Shown here: piece by piece, positions 19,902 to 30,243 of the stretch
Position numbering within the stretch: the first letter of the stretch is position 1
Layout of the letters: each line of letters begins with the position of its first letter
Source of the DNA: Candidatus Bathyarchaeia archaeon
Lineage (GTDB): Archaea; Thermoproteota; Bathyarchaeia; Bathyarchaeales; Bathycorpusculaceae
Assembly: GCA_050010755.1 (NCBI GenBank)
Contig: JBEKKK010000002.1
Location: forward strand, 1 to 64,000
Reading direction: 5' to 3'
DNA: 64,000 nucleotides
Notes under the pieces: model-generated
The model's database searches: none
Seen by the model: only the letters and a program-made list of their open reading frames with translations
What the model was told of the DNA's origin: nothing
Position numbers and translations under genes: made by a program

Positions 19902-21149
19902 ATGGCAACACAGACAGCCCTATCCGTAGCCCTAGAACAGCTGAACATAGCTACGGACAAGCTAAAACTCGATTCAGGCCTCCGCGATATGCTAGCAAAC
20001 CCAAAACGCTCACTACTCGTTTCCATTATAGTAAAAATGGACGACGGAAACATAAACGTCTTCAACGGTCTCCGCGTGCAACACTGGGACGCCCGAGGAC
20101 CCTTCAAAGGCGGCATAAGATACCACCCGAACGTCACCCTGGACGAGGTGTCCGCCCTAGCAATGTGGATGACCTGGAAATGCGCCGTAGTAGACATCCC
20201 CTACGGTGGAGCCAAGGGAGGAATCTGCTGCAACCCCAAGAAGATGTCAAAGGGCGAGCTGGAAAGAATGACAAGACGCTTCACGAGCCTCCTATACGAC
20301 TTCATCGGACCCTACCGCGATGTGCCAGCCCCCGACGTCTACACAGACTCCCAAACCATGGCATGGATAATGGACACTTACAGCCAAATAAGAGGCTACA
20401 GCGTCCCAGAGTGCGTCACCGGAAAACCCCTAAGCGTAGGCGGCTCTGAAGGAAGATCCGAAGCAACCTCGCTAGGCGTTGATGTCTGCGCAAGAGAGGC
20501 TGCAAAACAAATGGGACTAAAACTAAAAGGAGCAACAGTCGCCGTTCAAGGTTTCGGCAACGTAGGCTGGAACGCCGCCAAAATAGCGTACGACATGGGA
20601 TGCAAAATCCTAGCAGTGAGCGATTCAACCGGAGGAATCTGCACCTCAAAAGGCTTGAACCCCTATCAAGTCTATGACCATAAATCCAAAACCGGATCCG
20701 TCCTTAACTTCAAAGGAACCGAAAACATAACGAACAAGGAAATACTCGAAACAAAATGTGACATCCTAATACCCGCAGCACTGGAAAACCAGATAACCAA
20801 AACAAACGTAGACAAGATAGACACAAAGATAGTAGCTGAGGGGGCAAACGGACCAACGACACCAGAAGCCGACAGAGCACTCCACGAAAAAGGAATCGTA
20901 CTAATCCCAGACATCCTCGCAAACTCTGGAGGAGTCGCAACAAGCTATTTCGAGTGGGTTCAAAACCTAACCCGCGAGCACTGGGCCTTAGAAGATGTCT
21001 GCAAGAAACTGGAGAACAAAATGGTAAAAGCATTCTACGACGTCCACAAACTAGCCAACAAAGAAGAGAGCGATTTACGCACTGCGGCTCTAATGCTCGG
21101 TGTGGGAAGAGTTGCTGAAGCAATAAAGACCCTGGGCCTGTGGCCATGA
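19902..21149 (+). CDS. gdhA: Glutamate dehydrogenase
   Basis: RGPFKGGIRYHP, GGAKGG, DVPAPD, QGFGNVG, EGANGP and SYFEW motifs. Confidence 0.96.
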   Translation: MATQTALSVALEQLNIATDKLKLDSGLRDMLANPKRSLLVSIIVKMDDGNINVFNGLRVQHWDARGPFKGGIRYHPNVTLDEVSALAMWMTWKCAVVDIPYGGAKGGICCNPKKMSKGELERMTRRFTSLLYDFIGPYRDVPAPDVYTDSQTMAWIMDTYSQIRGYSVPECVTGKPLSVGGSEGRSEATSLGVDVCAREAAKQMGLKLKGATVAVQGFGNVGWNAAKIAYDMGCKILAVSDSTGGICTSKGLNPYQVYDHKSKTGSVLNFKGTENITNKEILETKCDILIPAALENQITKTNVDKIDTKIVAEGANGPTTPEADRALHEKGIVLIPDILANSGGVATSYFEWVQNLTREHWALEDVCKKLENKMVKAFYDVHKLANKEESDLRTAALMLGVGRVAEAIKTLGLWP

Positions 21150-21305
21150 GAACATAGGGTGAAAAGATACTCTCTCGTTCTCACATTCCAAGAAAGTAAT
21201 CTCATTATTTATCCCCTCACACTCTTTAATCTAAACTTTTAAGCAGCAATCTCCATCTTGTCCTGCACCGACTGCAATGGATCGAGTACCGAGAAGGGGA
21301 AGAAT

Positions 21306-21875
21306 ATGCCACGAACTGTCGCGTCAAAAATCGCCTCTCAAGATTTCTGCTTTGAGAACTCGATAGTAAGGATACTTGCAAACAGAGCCTCCCCTGAAAT
21401 CAAACTCGGAGGTCTATGCGTGGGCCCCTTTGAGGAAGGGAACGAATACGAAGTTTATTTTTGGACAGCTCTAGAGCTCGAAAAGTCAGGAATCGCCCGC
21501 ATTCATGAAGAAGAAAAAGTTGATGCGGCCAAGCTTAACAAGATTCAATGGACTGAGCGCATCCAGAGTCCTGGCCAAATATCTAAAATTCCTGAGAGTT
21601 TCTACCCGAAAGTTCGAAGATACCTGAAGAACTTGAAGCAAGAGATTGTGAGAGATCCCGAAAAGGTGCGCGAATACGAAAGAGTCAGACAATTGGCTCA
21701 GGACATCGTGAATTCGAGAATGAAGAAAATCATCTCCATCGCCTCAACCCCAGCCCAAACTGAAAATGCATTGAGAAATCTTGCAGACGAGGAAAAGTTT
21801 CTCTACGAAAAGCTGTTCAAGCTTATCTCCCAGTGGAAGACCCAAATAATAGAACAACAAGAGGGACGCAGATGA
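21306..21875 (+). CDS. GINS subunit Gins23 (Psf2/Psf3-like)
   Basis: B-domain-first layout; overlaps the mcm start, the usual gins23-mcm operon. Confidence 0.8.
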   Translation: MPRTVASKIASQDFCFENSIVRILANRASPEIKLGGLCVGPFEEGNEYEVYFWTALELEKSGIARIHEEEKVDAAKLNKIQWTERIQSPGQISKIPESFYPKVRRYLKNLKQEIVRDPEKVREYERVRQLAQDIVNSRMKKIISIASTPAQTENALRNLADEEKFLYEKLFKLISQWKTQIIEQQEGRR

Positions 21876-23908
21876 CCGAAGAACTGGAGGCTGTGGACCC
21901 ACAAGAACGATTTCAAGATTTCCTAAAGACGGAAAGATACCGTCAAAGGATCTCACAGATGGCATTGGCAGGCATGACATCACTGGTAATGGAGTTTGAA
22001 GATCTTCTGGCCTTTGATCAAAGGTTAGCAGAGGAACTGCTAGAAAAACCCGAAGAATACCTCAAGCACGCCAATAATGCCGCGTTTGCCCAGCTGCAGA
22101 TAGAAGATCCAGAATACGCCGAAAAAGCCACAACCGTGAATGTTAGAATCGTACGTCTATTAGAAGCGGAGCCACTGCGTAAACTCGGTTCAAGGCAGAT
22201 TGGCAAACTCGTAATGATTGAAGGGATCGTAGTTCGTTCATCACCAGTCCGCCCTATGGTCATGCAAGCGGCATTCAAGTGCAAAAGATGTGGAACGTTG
22301 AACCCAGTGAACCAGACAGGCACATACCTAAAAGCACCTTTTGCATGCAGCAGCCCAGATTGCGGATCAAAGGGGCCATTCGAATTTGTCCAAGAGGAAT
22401 CGACCTTCATAGACTCTCAGGAGCTACGAGTCCAAGAAAGACCCGAAGACTTGCCACCAGGACAACTGCCCAGAACGCTGAGCATCAAGCTGGTTGGAAC
22501 CGAAATCGTTGACATCGCAAGACCCGGCGACGACGTTTCCACAGTAGGAATAGTGCACGCTTTCGCACCGACACTGCCAGGCGTCGGAAAGCTTCGAACC
22601 TTCATTCTCCACTTGGATGCCAACTCAATCGAGGTTCTTGGGAAAGAACCAGAAACGGCGCAGCCGTCGCCGGAAGAAGAACAAAAAATCCTCGAACTCG
22701 CGAAGGATCCGTGGGTGCATCGCAAAATAATAGGCTCGATCGCTCCATCAATCTACGGCTACGATCACATCAAAGAGGCAATAATGTACCTCTTGTTCGG
22801 AGGTGTGCCAAAGACGCTGCCGGACATCTCGATAAGAGGAGAGCTAAACGCGCTAATAGTGGGCGACCCCGGAACTGCAAAATCTCAGTTGTTGCAATAC
22901 GTAGCAAGAATCGCACCTCGAGGCCTATACACGTCTGGGAGAGGCACCACGGCCGCAGGCTTGACGGCTGCAGTAATCCGAGAAAAGGGAGGCGGAATGA
23001 GCCTCGAAGCTGGAGCCTTGGTGCTGGCTGACAAGGGAATTGCATGCATCGACGAAATGGATAAGATGCGCCCAGAGGACAGGGTAGCAATCCATGAGGC
23101 CATGGAACAACACACCGTATCAGTTGCAAAAGGCGGCATCGTAGCAACACTCAATGCCAGAGCGGCGATCCTTGCGGCTGCAAATCCCGCATTGGGAAGA
23201 TACGAACCGCACCGTACCGTTGCTGAAAACATCTCCTTGCCAGTAACGATACTCTCCAGGTTTGACGTCATCTTTGTGTTAAGAGACGTACCGAACAAGG
23301 AATCAGACACGAAGATGTCTGAACACATCCTCGAGATACACAGGAAAGGTGCCAGCCCTATTGAACCACCAATAACGGTGGAACTCCTACGGAAATACAT
23401 CAGCTATGCTAAGGGAGTGAAGCCTGTTCTAGGCCAAGAAGCCCTCAAACGTCTAGGGGATTTCTATTTGGCAATGCGTTCGGCCAGCGAAACAGAAGGC
23501 TCACCCGTGGCAATCACCGCACGACAACTGGAGTCTCTCGTCCGAACAGCCGAAGCAAGAGCCCGCGTGGCTCTCAGAAAAGAAGTAACGGCCGAAGATG
23601 CGGAAGCTGCGGTGGCAATCATGAAAAAATCGCTCGAAGAAGTCGGCATAGACCTGTCCTCGTACAAAATAGACATAGATATAATTATGACAGGAAAACC
23701 CAAAAGTATGAGAGATCGGCTGCAAATAATCCTCTCAGCGCTGATTGAAATGGAGAAAGAAACCGGAATGGTCGAAAGAGCGGCACTGTTCGACGAGCTT
23801 GAAACAAAATACAAGATTCCAAGAGGAGAGGCAGATCGTCTCACAGGACAACTGCTACGTGAAGGAACAATTTACGAACCCAGAGAAGGCTACCTCAAAA
23901 AAACATAG
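21872..23908 (+). CDS. mcm: Replicative helicase MCM
   Basis: GDPGTAKSQ, IDEMDKM, EAMEQ, AAANP and SRFD motifs; Zn finger; C-terminal wHTH. Confidence 0.98.
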   Translation: MTEELEAVDPQERFQDFLKTERYRQRISQMALAGMTSLVMEFEDLLAFDQRLAEELLEKPEEYLKHANNAAFAQLQIEDPEYAEKATTVNVRIVRLLEAEPLRKLGSRQIGKLVMIEGIVVRSSPVRPMVMQAAFKCKRCGTLNPVNQTGTYLKAPFACSSPDCGSKGPFEFVQEESTFIDSQELRVQERPEDLPPGQLPRTLSIKLVGTEIVDIARPGDDVSTVGIVHAFAPTLPGVGKLRTFILHLDANSIEVLGKEPETAQPSPEEEQKILELAKDPWVHRKIIGSIAPSIYGYDHIKEAIMYLLFGGVPKTLPDISIRGELNALIVGDPGTAKSQLLQYVARIAPRGLYTSGRGTTAAGLTAAVIREKGGGMSLEAGALVLADKGIACIDEMDKMRPEDRVAIHEAMEQHTVSVAKGGIVATLNARAAILAAANPALGRYEPHRTVAENISLPVTILSRFDVIFVLRDVPNKESDTKMSEHILEIHRKGASPIEPPITVELLRKYISYAKGVKPVLGQEALKRLGDFYLAMRSASETEGSPVAITARQLESLVRTAEARARVALRKEVTAEDAEAAVAIMKKSLEEVGIDLSSYKIDIDIIMTGKPKSMRDRLQIILSALIEMEKETGMVERAALFDELETKYKIPRGEADRLTGQLLREGTIYEPREGYLKKT

Positions 23909-23924
23909 TTAGTCTCCTATGTAT

Positions 23925-24698
23925 CTAGGAAATGTAGGTGACTTTCTTGTCTTCTTCTTTCCTCGTTTCCTCAGCTTCCAGCGTTCTTTTTTCTTCGATG
24001 CTCTGCAAACGTGTCACCATCTTGTCTGCCTTCGCGATTTCCTCATCTAGTCCAGCCAAGCTTACTTCAGTGTCGAGTAGTGACTGCAAGACTTCCAAGA
24101 CGCTCTTGGCTGACTTCGGATCCGGCAGGTATCCTCGTGTCTCTCCCAAGAGGCAGAGAGCATCGATATTCTTGAAGTGCGAGAGTCCCAAAATAAGTCC
24201 AGCAGTGCCCACAATAGGGCTTCCTGTCGGACTGATCTCAGCACCTGCTCGTAGTGCTTTGTTCAGTAGTTCCTGACTCGTGGCAGCGGCGACAACCTTA
24301 GGCTTGTCCTTGGCTTCCATTCGGTAGCCACCTATCGTTATAATGGTCTTCACTTTGCACTGGCTGGCAAAACTCAATATGCCGTTAGAAATCTCATATT
24401 GCCCTTCTATTGTCTGCGCTTGACTGTCACCAGTGAAAAGGATGAGATCGTTGTTACGGTTCTTGTTCTTCCACAAATAGAACGTCCCACGCAAAAGTCT
24501 CACATTTCCCTTCCTACTCACAAGCACAAAGTAGGGAAAGTGCGGTGAATAAATGTACGCGAGTTTATCCGCTTTCAACATTTTCACTAAATATCGAATA
24601 GCGATTTTGCCCACAAGCCCTAGACCAGGCAATCCCTCGACTAAAACGGGGTTGTTCAATTCAACCTTCTTGAGTTCCTTGATGACCGTCTTTTTCAC
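23925..24698 (-). CDS. PAC2-family proteasome assembly chaperone
   Basis: VEGLPGLGLVGKIA, TGDSQ and LLGETRGYLPDPKSA motifs. Confidence 0.9.
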   Translation of the reverse strand: MKKTVIKELKKVELNNPVLVEGLPGLGLVGKIAIRYLVKMLKADKLAYIYSPHFPYFVLVSRKGNVRLLRGTFYLWKNKNRNNDLILFTGDSQAQTIEGQYEISNGILSFASQCKVKTIITIGGYRMEAKDKPKVVAAATSQELLNKALRAGAEISPTGSPIVGTAGLILGLSHFKNIDALCLLGETRGYLPDPKSAKSVLEVLQSLLDTEVSLAGLDEEIAKADKMVTRLQSIEEKRTLEAEETRKEEDKKVTYIS

Positions 24699-24865
24699 TC
24701 TTTAGGACTCTCCATCTTCAAGGCCATTCGGAATCTTAGGTACTTGTCTTCAGGTGAGAATTTTGGCGGGTGAGGCACTTTGAGTCCCCCGCCACAGTAT
24801 GGGCATACACTCCTATTCAATGTGTAACTTCCACATTGCCGACATTTCCTCAGCAGCAAAACCAT
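24695..24865 (-). CDS. nop10: H/ACA RNP protein Nop10 (not in ORF track)
   Basis: MVLLLRKCRQCGSYTLNRSVCPYCGGGLKVPHPPKFSPEDKYLRFR. Confidence 0.93.
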   Translation of the reverse strand: MVLLLRKCRQCGSYTLNRSVCPYCGGGLKVPHPPKFSPEDKYLRFRMALKMESPKE

Positions 24866-25653
24866 CATTTTTCCCTCTTGAAACTGCCCTGTCCACCGGC
24901 TTTGATGATGCTCGTGACTATGTTCTGAGCTACGCTTGAAAACGTGTCTTCAGCGCGTTTGTAGTCCTCAGCTAAGACTTCTATGCTGTATTTCGGAGCG
25001 GCAATTACATAGAAACGAATCTTCGTACTGCCAAGTTTTTCTGTCTTCTTGGCGCTCGAAAAAGCTTCCTTTATGATTTTCACTCCGTTCGGCTTCATGC
25101 ATCGAAGCTCGATCGTTCCTTTTACCCTAACCATTGGTACGTGTATCCTTTCTTGACCGACCTCAAAGATTGCTTTGGCAATTTCTTCAGGTATGCCGAT
25201 TTTCACTAGGGGGTCCGCGCCTTCTTTCACGGCCTTTTCGAAGCCTTCGTACAGACCGTACTCATTTTCCATGGGCCCTCCTGCTTTGTCATAGACTTCC
25301 TGTAAGGGTAAACCTGTTTTCTCAGCGACACCTCGAATCAGAGCTTCAGCTTTCCTTTCCTTCTTCCAAGCCATTGTCTTCTCGATTTTTTCCCTCTTCG
25401 TCACTCGTCTAAGCGATAAATCCACGTGTTCCTTTTCAGGATCAACACGCAGAACCTTCAAAACAAGCTTCTGTCCCTCTCGAACAAAATCGCGAATGTT
25501 ACGAACCCACGATGAAGAGATTTCCGAAACATGAAGTAGCCCTCTCTTATTGTACTCGTCCAGTTTTACGTAAGCACCGAAATCTGTTACATTTTCTACA
25601 GTGGCCATTACCAGGTCGCCTGTCTCGGGCCACTCTGACTTTCTAAGAGACAT
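24865..25653 (-). CDS. Translation initiation factor 2 alpha subunit (aIF2-alpha)
   Basis: S1 domain GAYVKLDEY...HVSEISSSWVRNI...VDLSLRRV and AAPKY. Confidence 0.96.
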   Translation of the reverse strand: MSLRKSEWPETGDLVMATVENVTDFGAYVKLDEYNKRGLLHVSEISSSWVRNIRDFVREGQKLVLKVLRVDPEKEHVDLSLRRVTKREKIEKTMAWKKERKAEALIRGVAEKTGLPLQEVYDKAGGPMENEYGLYEGFEKAVKEGADPLVKIGIPEEIAKAIFEVGQERIHVPMVRVKGTIELRCMKPNGVKIIKEAFSSAKKTEKLGSTKIRFYVIAAPKYSIEVLAEDYKRAEDTFSSVAQNIVTSIIKAGGQGSFKREK

Positions 25654-25666
25654 GTGACCCTCGCCC

Positions 25667-25864
25667 CTATTCGAAAACCGCGACTATTTCTCCCTTAATA
25701 CTTGCTTTTCCGCTTGACGGTAAGGCCAGCTCGATTCCGCAAACGTTGCATTTCACTTTATTCACGGCGCTGCTGAAAACTATTTGCTCGTTCCCGCATT
25801 TCAGACATTTCACACGGATGAAACTGCTTCTCGGTCTCGGAATGAGTCTTTCCCAATCTGACAT
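25667..25864 (-). CDS. rps27e: 30S ribosomal protein S27e
   Basis: PRSSFIRVKCLKCGNEQIVFS...CNVCG. Confidence 0.96.
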   Translation of the reverse strand: MSDWERLIPRPRSSFIRVKCLKCGNEQIVFSSAVNKVKCNVCGIELALPSSGKASIKGEIVAVFE

Positions 25865-25883
25865 GAGAGTCCTCCTCAAACAA

Positions 25884-26159
25884 TTACACGATAGCCAACT
25901 TTCTAAGTCGTATACCGTCCTTGTGCCTCATGAAACCGCAGACTTTGCACTTCAACTTTAGAGTCTGCTTCTTCGTTGTCTTCGCAAACTCTCTCTGAAG
26001 CGGATACTTTTGCCCACCATAACCCCTCTTTTCCCGCGAATGTTGACGCTCGCCCTTGGCCAAAGCTCTCCGTTTGCCAGCCTTATAAAGAGTGACAGAA
26101 TGAGCCTGATGCTGTTTGCACTTTGGACAATATGTTTTCATTTCCTTTGGAACGTTCAC
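25884..26159 (-). CDS. rpl44e: 50S ribosomal protein L44e
   Basis: PKEMKTYCPKC...GYGGQKYP...AKTTKK...CKVC. Confidence 0.96.
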   Translation of the reverse strand: MNVPKEMKTYCPKCKQHQAHSVTLYKAGKRRALAKGERQHSREKRGYGGQKYPLQREFAKTTKKQTLKLKCKVCGFMRHKDGIRLRKLAIV

Positions 26160-26325
26160 GTTAGGCACGACCAGCTTTGCATTAAGAAACGACAGATACA
26201 CTTATACTTTTTCGCGCCTTCTCAAAGAGGACAAGTCACGAACGCTTTCCATCTCTTCGAGAAATTAGTTTATTAGTTTCCGAATGTCTAAACTGTGTCA
26301 ATAAAGACGGCATCGTGGTTTCTGA

Positions 26326-27348
26326 ATGCTTAACGACACATCTAAGTCACGTTCGATAACCAACACACTTTTGATACTCCTACCCTTGTTTGCTTTCGTC
26401 ATCCCCATCACCGTGTTATATTCTCTGAACCCTGTCGTCTTCGAGAAAACATGGAAGGGCAGAATATTCTACGTTTTCTTCTTGTGGCTGATCTCTTTGG
26501 AAATGATCTTGAGTTTGGAAGAACTTCAAACTGGAAAAATCAAAAAGGCGAGATCTATACGAACTGGTGTTTTCGTTTTATCTCTTTTCTTGCCAATTGC
26601 GTACGTTGTGATATCTAACTTCTATGGATTGAATAGTATGATTACGAACCTAGCGCTTAGCAATGGCATTCAGCCTACTTGGGCGGATGTGATGCCTCTA
26701 TCAACTGAATACTTGGTGTTTGCAGCTCTTTTTGCGTTGATAGTCCTGCTGGAATACGGTGTTCGCGGTTTGAAGGTGCACTCAATATCTGGTGTTTTCT
26801 TAGGGCTCATCGGATTGATATATACCATAGACAATTTCTACCCTCAAGGAAGCTTCACGCCTTTCCAACTTTTTGTGCCAACCACAGCGTCGTTTGCAGC
26901 AAATTTTCTAAATTTCTTGGGGTATCGGGTTGTGGGATATGGCGTAAATGGCGGTGTGCCCATGATGACTGCAATCGGTTCCCACGGGTTTTTCGGTGCC
27001 CAAATCGAATGGCCTTGCTCTGGCATTGAGAGTCTACTGATATACTCTGTTACAATTCTGTTATTCCTGAGAAACAGTGGAATTCCTTGGAAGCAAAGAG
27101 CAGTTTATTTTGTGGCCGGGGGAGCTGTCACATATTTTATAAACGTATTGAGAATAGTTACTATTTTCATGATTGGAGCGGACGGTCCCGCTGGTCCAAC
27201 TGCCGCTCAAACCTTTCATGATTACTACGGTCAATTGTTTTCCATTGCGTGGATAGTTTTCTATCCATTGCTGATAATGAGCAGCCGAGCATTTTGGACA
27301 GGAAATGTAAACGTTGACACCGCAACCGCTAAAGACGGTTCAGACTAG
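26326..27348 (+). CDS. Archaeosortase/exosortase family protein
   Basis: Multi-TM with catalytic Cys (EWPCSG), Arg (INVLR) and His (FHD). Confidence 0.85.
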   Translation: MLNDTSKSRSITNTLLILLPLFAFVIPITVLYSLNPVVFEKTWKGRIFYVFFLWLISLEMILSLEELQTGKIKKARSIRTGVFVLSLFLPIAYVVISNFYGLNSMITNLALSNGIQPTWADVMPLSTEYLVFAALFALIVLLEYGVRGLKVHSISGVFLGLIGLIYTIDNFYPQGSFTPFQLFVPTTASFAANFLNFLGYRVVGYGVNGGVPMMTAIGSHGFFGAQIEWPCSGIESLLIYSVTILLFLRNSGIPWKQRAVYFVAGGAVTYFINVLRIVTIFMIGADGPAGPTAAQTFHDYYGQLFSIAWIVFYPLLIMSSRAFWTGNVNVDTATAKDGSD

Positions 27349-27893
27349 TTAATTTCAACTTTTTCAGCCAGATTCTGCTTGGCCAGAATCCTTGCGTTCT
27401 CAACAGGAATGGATGCAACGTCCTCGGTTTTGAACGGCCCGTAGGTTTTCATGTCTGCTCCGATAATAGCTGGAATTTCTTTCAACATGCGCATTGTAAT
27501 CCGCTTGTGTTTCAAGTCGCTCATGGTTTTGGGTTCATGCCCATGCAAAGTTTCGGATGTAAAACTTGAGACTGTCTCGACCAATGGTGAAATCTTCGCG
27601 TAAAACTGCTCTTCCTCAACCGTCAATACTTCTCGAGGTGTCTCCTCTCCGCTCGCAACTTTGCCCAGGATCTTTCGGTACCTTGCCTGTACCAATTCCT
27701 TCACCATGCGTTTCGTGTTCTGCATTTCTTTTCTGAGGAGATTCGCTTTCACTGTTCTCTTGTCCAGCATTCTGCTTTCTTCTTTGAGCTTTTTCACGTA
27801 TTCAACAACTCTCGCGTAAAAGTCTGGTGGCAACTTAACCAATTCAGGGTATCTGAGCTCCTGTTTCCAAACTTCATACAACTGACTGTACAT
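27345..27893 (-). CDS. GINS subunit Gins15 (Gins51)
   Basis: LVKLPPDFY helical A-domain plus IIGADMKTYGPF B-domain; directly downstream of priS. Confidence 0.88.
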   Translation of the reverse strand: MYSQLYEVWKQELRYPELVKLPPDFYARVVEYVKKLKEESRMLDKRTVKANLLRKEMQNTKRMVKELVQARYRKILGKVASGEETPREVLTVEEEQFYAKISPLVETVSSFTSETLHGHEPKTMSDLKHKRITMRMLKEIPAIIGADMKTYGPFKTEDVASIPVENARILAKQNLAEKVEIN

Positions 27894-29108
27894 TTATTGT
27901 GTCACTTCTGCTCTTTTTCTGCAGACAAGAAGTATGGCCGCTGCTGTTGGAAGCTCAATTTTCTGATTTCTGTAAGGTCCAAACGTTTGGTCTCCCAGCC
28001 TAAACGCGGGTGCATCGGAGACCAGAACTGTGGCTGTCCCCTTTTTAAAGGCTATCGCACTCTTGAAGGGATCGAAGTTCTCTATCGCTGGTATCGGAAA
28101 CCCTGTTTTTTTCAGCCCCGTTTTGCCGTGCAAAGTGCCCCCTAACCTGATCAGACGGTGAGTGTCCGTTGTAACAACCGTATCCACACTGGCCGATTGT
28201 GACATTACGAAGTGTTCCATTATCTTCTTCCACGTTTCGGGACCCACTCCCTTCACTGCTTCCCATGGGTCTGATTCATTGAGGTTCTTCAAGACTGCAG
28301 CCCTGCTCTTGACCAAAGCTTCAGCCAGATTTCCTTTCAGCCCTATGTCCCTATAGTCCTCTTCTTTCGCATTAAGTGCAAAGTCATGGATGCTTTTGGC
28401 GATTCGTCCTCGCCAGCCAGGATCGTTCACACTCAACTTCCTCGATCCTTTCTCATTCAGCCCGAAGAAAGGGTTCTCCAAGCCCAGGCCGCAGACATAA
28501 TCAGCAATTTCTTTGCGGGCGACACTGTCAAGATTCTTGACGGCTTCATGTTCAACGTGTACGTGATAGCCCCTATGCCCTGAAAAGAAAACTCGAAGCT
28601 CTTTGTCAGAAAAGCCGAAATCTTTTGTCAACATGTCCAGGAGCTTCACGCTCTCGTATTTTGCAGAGGTTAGACAAACTTCACAGGGCCAAGTGCTTTC
28701 GTCGAACTTTTCACTTCCGCAAGCAGGACAATTCTCCGGCGCTGCTCCCTTTCCTGCGAAGCCGCATTTGCCACACGTCCATCGATCATGAACCTTTTCG
28801 CAAGATGTAGGAATATGATCAGCATCAATGTCAAAAACCAAGTCCGATCCCAACCATCCCTTCTTTTCCATCTCAGCCTGTGGATCTTCATAATAAGCGC
28901 AAGAGAAGTAGACATCTCGGGGGGCTGAATCGCCAAGAAAAGAGATTAGCCCATTCCTAGTGGCAAAACTCTTATGGCGAATCATCCATCCTTCAAAAGA
29001 TGCGAAACCGAATTCGCGCTTCTCAATCATTGGTGGGCATTCGTTGAAAGAAAAATCCTTCGTGTAGTGTTCTCTAAACGCTCTTTGTACAAAAGCACTT
29101 GAATTCAA
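27894..29108 (-). CDS. priS: DNA primase small subunit
   Basis: REFGF, DLVFDIDAD, FSGHRGYH and DTHRLIRL motifs. Confidence 0.96.
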   Translation of the reverse strand: MNSSAFVQRAFREHYTKDFSFNECPPMIEKREFGFASFEGWMIRHKSFATRNGLISFLGDSAPRDVYFSCAYYEDPQAEMEKKGWLGSDLVFDIDADHIPTSCEKVHDRWTCGKCGFAGKGAAPENCPACGSEKFDESTWPCEVCLTSAKYESVKLLDMLTKDFGFSDKELRVFFSGHRGYHVHVEHEAVKNLDSVARKEIADYVCGLGLENPFFGLNEKGSRKLSVNDPGWRGRIAKSIHDFALNAKEEDYRDIGLKGNLAEALVKSRAAVLKNLNESDPWEAVKGVGPETWKKIMEHFVMSQSASVDTVVTTDTHRLIRLGGTLHGKTGLKKTGFPIPAIENFDPFKSAIAFKKGTATVLVSDAPAFRLGDQTFGPYRNQKIELPTAAAILLVCRKRAEVTQ

Positions 29109-29344
29109 GTATGTTCAACTCTAAATCTGATATAAGGGTAAAAAACATTTCGTTCTAAGCCAAATTCCCAAGTAAGCCCGCCACCAACGCAAACACTTTC
29201 ATTCCGAGAAGAATAGCACATCCTAAAGTTAGGCCAGGATTCTCAACCAACTCGGAGAGAGTCTCTCCCCCGTGAGCAATGAATGTCTTATTACTCGCTG
29301 GAAAACTTGCTTTTGAAGTGACTAGCGAAAGTTGGCATAGACTT

Positions 29345-30030
29345 TCAGTAGCACAGGTTCCTAACCATTATTTTTTTTAATAGACGTTGGTTCACAATGA
29401 TAGACCATTGACTCACAAGAGACTTCCTGGCGCTCATTTTTTTCAATCTCTTATAGAGTTCATAAGCTTCACCCCCAAGCAAACCAGCATCGAACATTCC
29501 CCACGGATTAGAAGTTCTTTGAAAAAAAACCATAGTTCAACTGACAGAATGTTTCCCAGAGCTCCGAATCTCTTTTCTACCTTCACATAATAATTCTTCC
29601 ACTCCGTTGAGCAGGCGCCCTAGAATCCTTCTCCGATGAAAAGTTCCGGAACCTTCACCATCTCTGCATTTTCCTCATTGCATTTTGTAACACATTCTTC
29701 AACCACACATCTGAATAGTATCTGATCAGAATCAACGAAGAAGACATGCTTCCCTGCAGAGCCGGCAATGCCTACGTTCCTTGCTAATGCCGGATTTGAT
29801 TTCCATTGTGCAACCTTCGCTCCAAAGGCCTTCGCAATAATCGTAGTATACTCATTGCTGAAATTGTCAACGATAATGACTTCAATGGGAAAGCTTTTGA
29901 CGCAACAGGCCCTAGAGTTTGGAAATCGTACAGCGAAGCTATTCGTTTTTAACACACCGAAATTCTGCAATTGTCGCAAACTTCTTGACACGCAAAAACC
30001 GTCCAAGGTAGGTATTTTCAGTTACAGGTA
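29345..30030 (-). pseudogene. Degraded GT2 glycosyltransferase
   Basis: EVIIVDNFS...ARNVG...FVDSD, then in-frame TAG at 29620, a frameshift into GMFD...GEAYEL, and no intact N-terminus. Confidence 0.8.
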
Positions 30031-30243
30031 ACGCGTTTGAATTCATTAAAAGGTTGATATCATTCTCTCAAAGGATTGATTGACTACATTTCCGCTCATA
30101 ATGCTCTTCTGGCTTTTGAGAGGTTTGTTCATCAAGCGGCCACTCCACCAGCTATAAATGGTTGGTAGCAGCGCATAAAACAGATCTTCACGTGTTTGAA
30201 ATTCCTCCGAGCTTTTCGCATTGGAAAACTATAAAGCATAAAC

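Noticed and set aside
2893-29622. Genome-wide TAG recoding (pyrrolysine)
   Set aside because: Core genes such as mcm, priL, rfcS and rps27e end at TAG at their expected C-termini, and no pyl genes are in the window.
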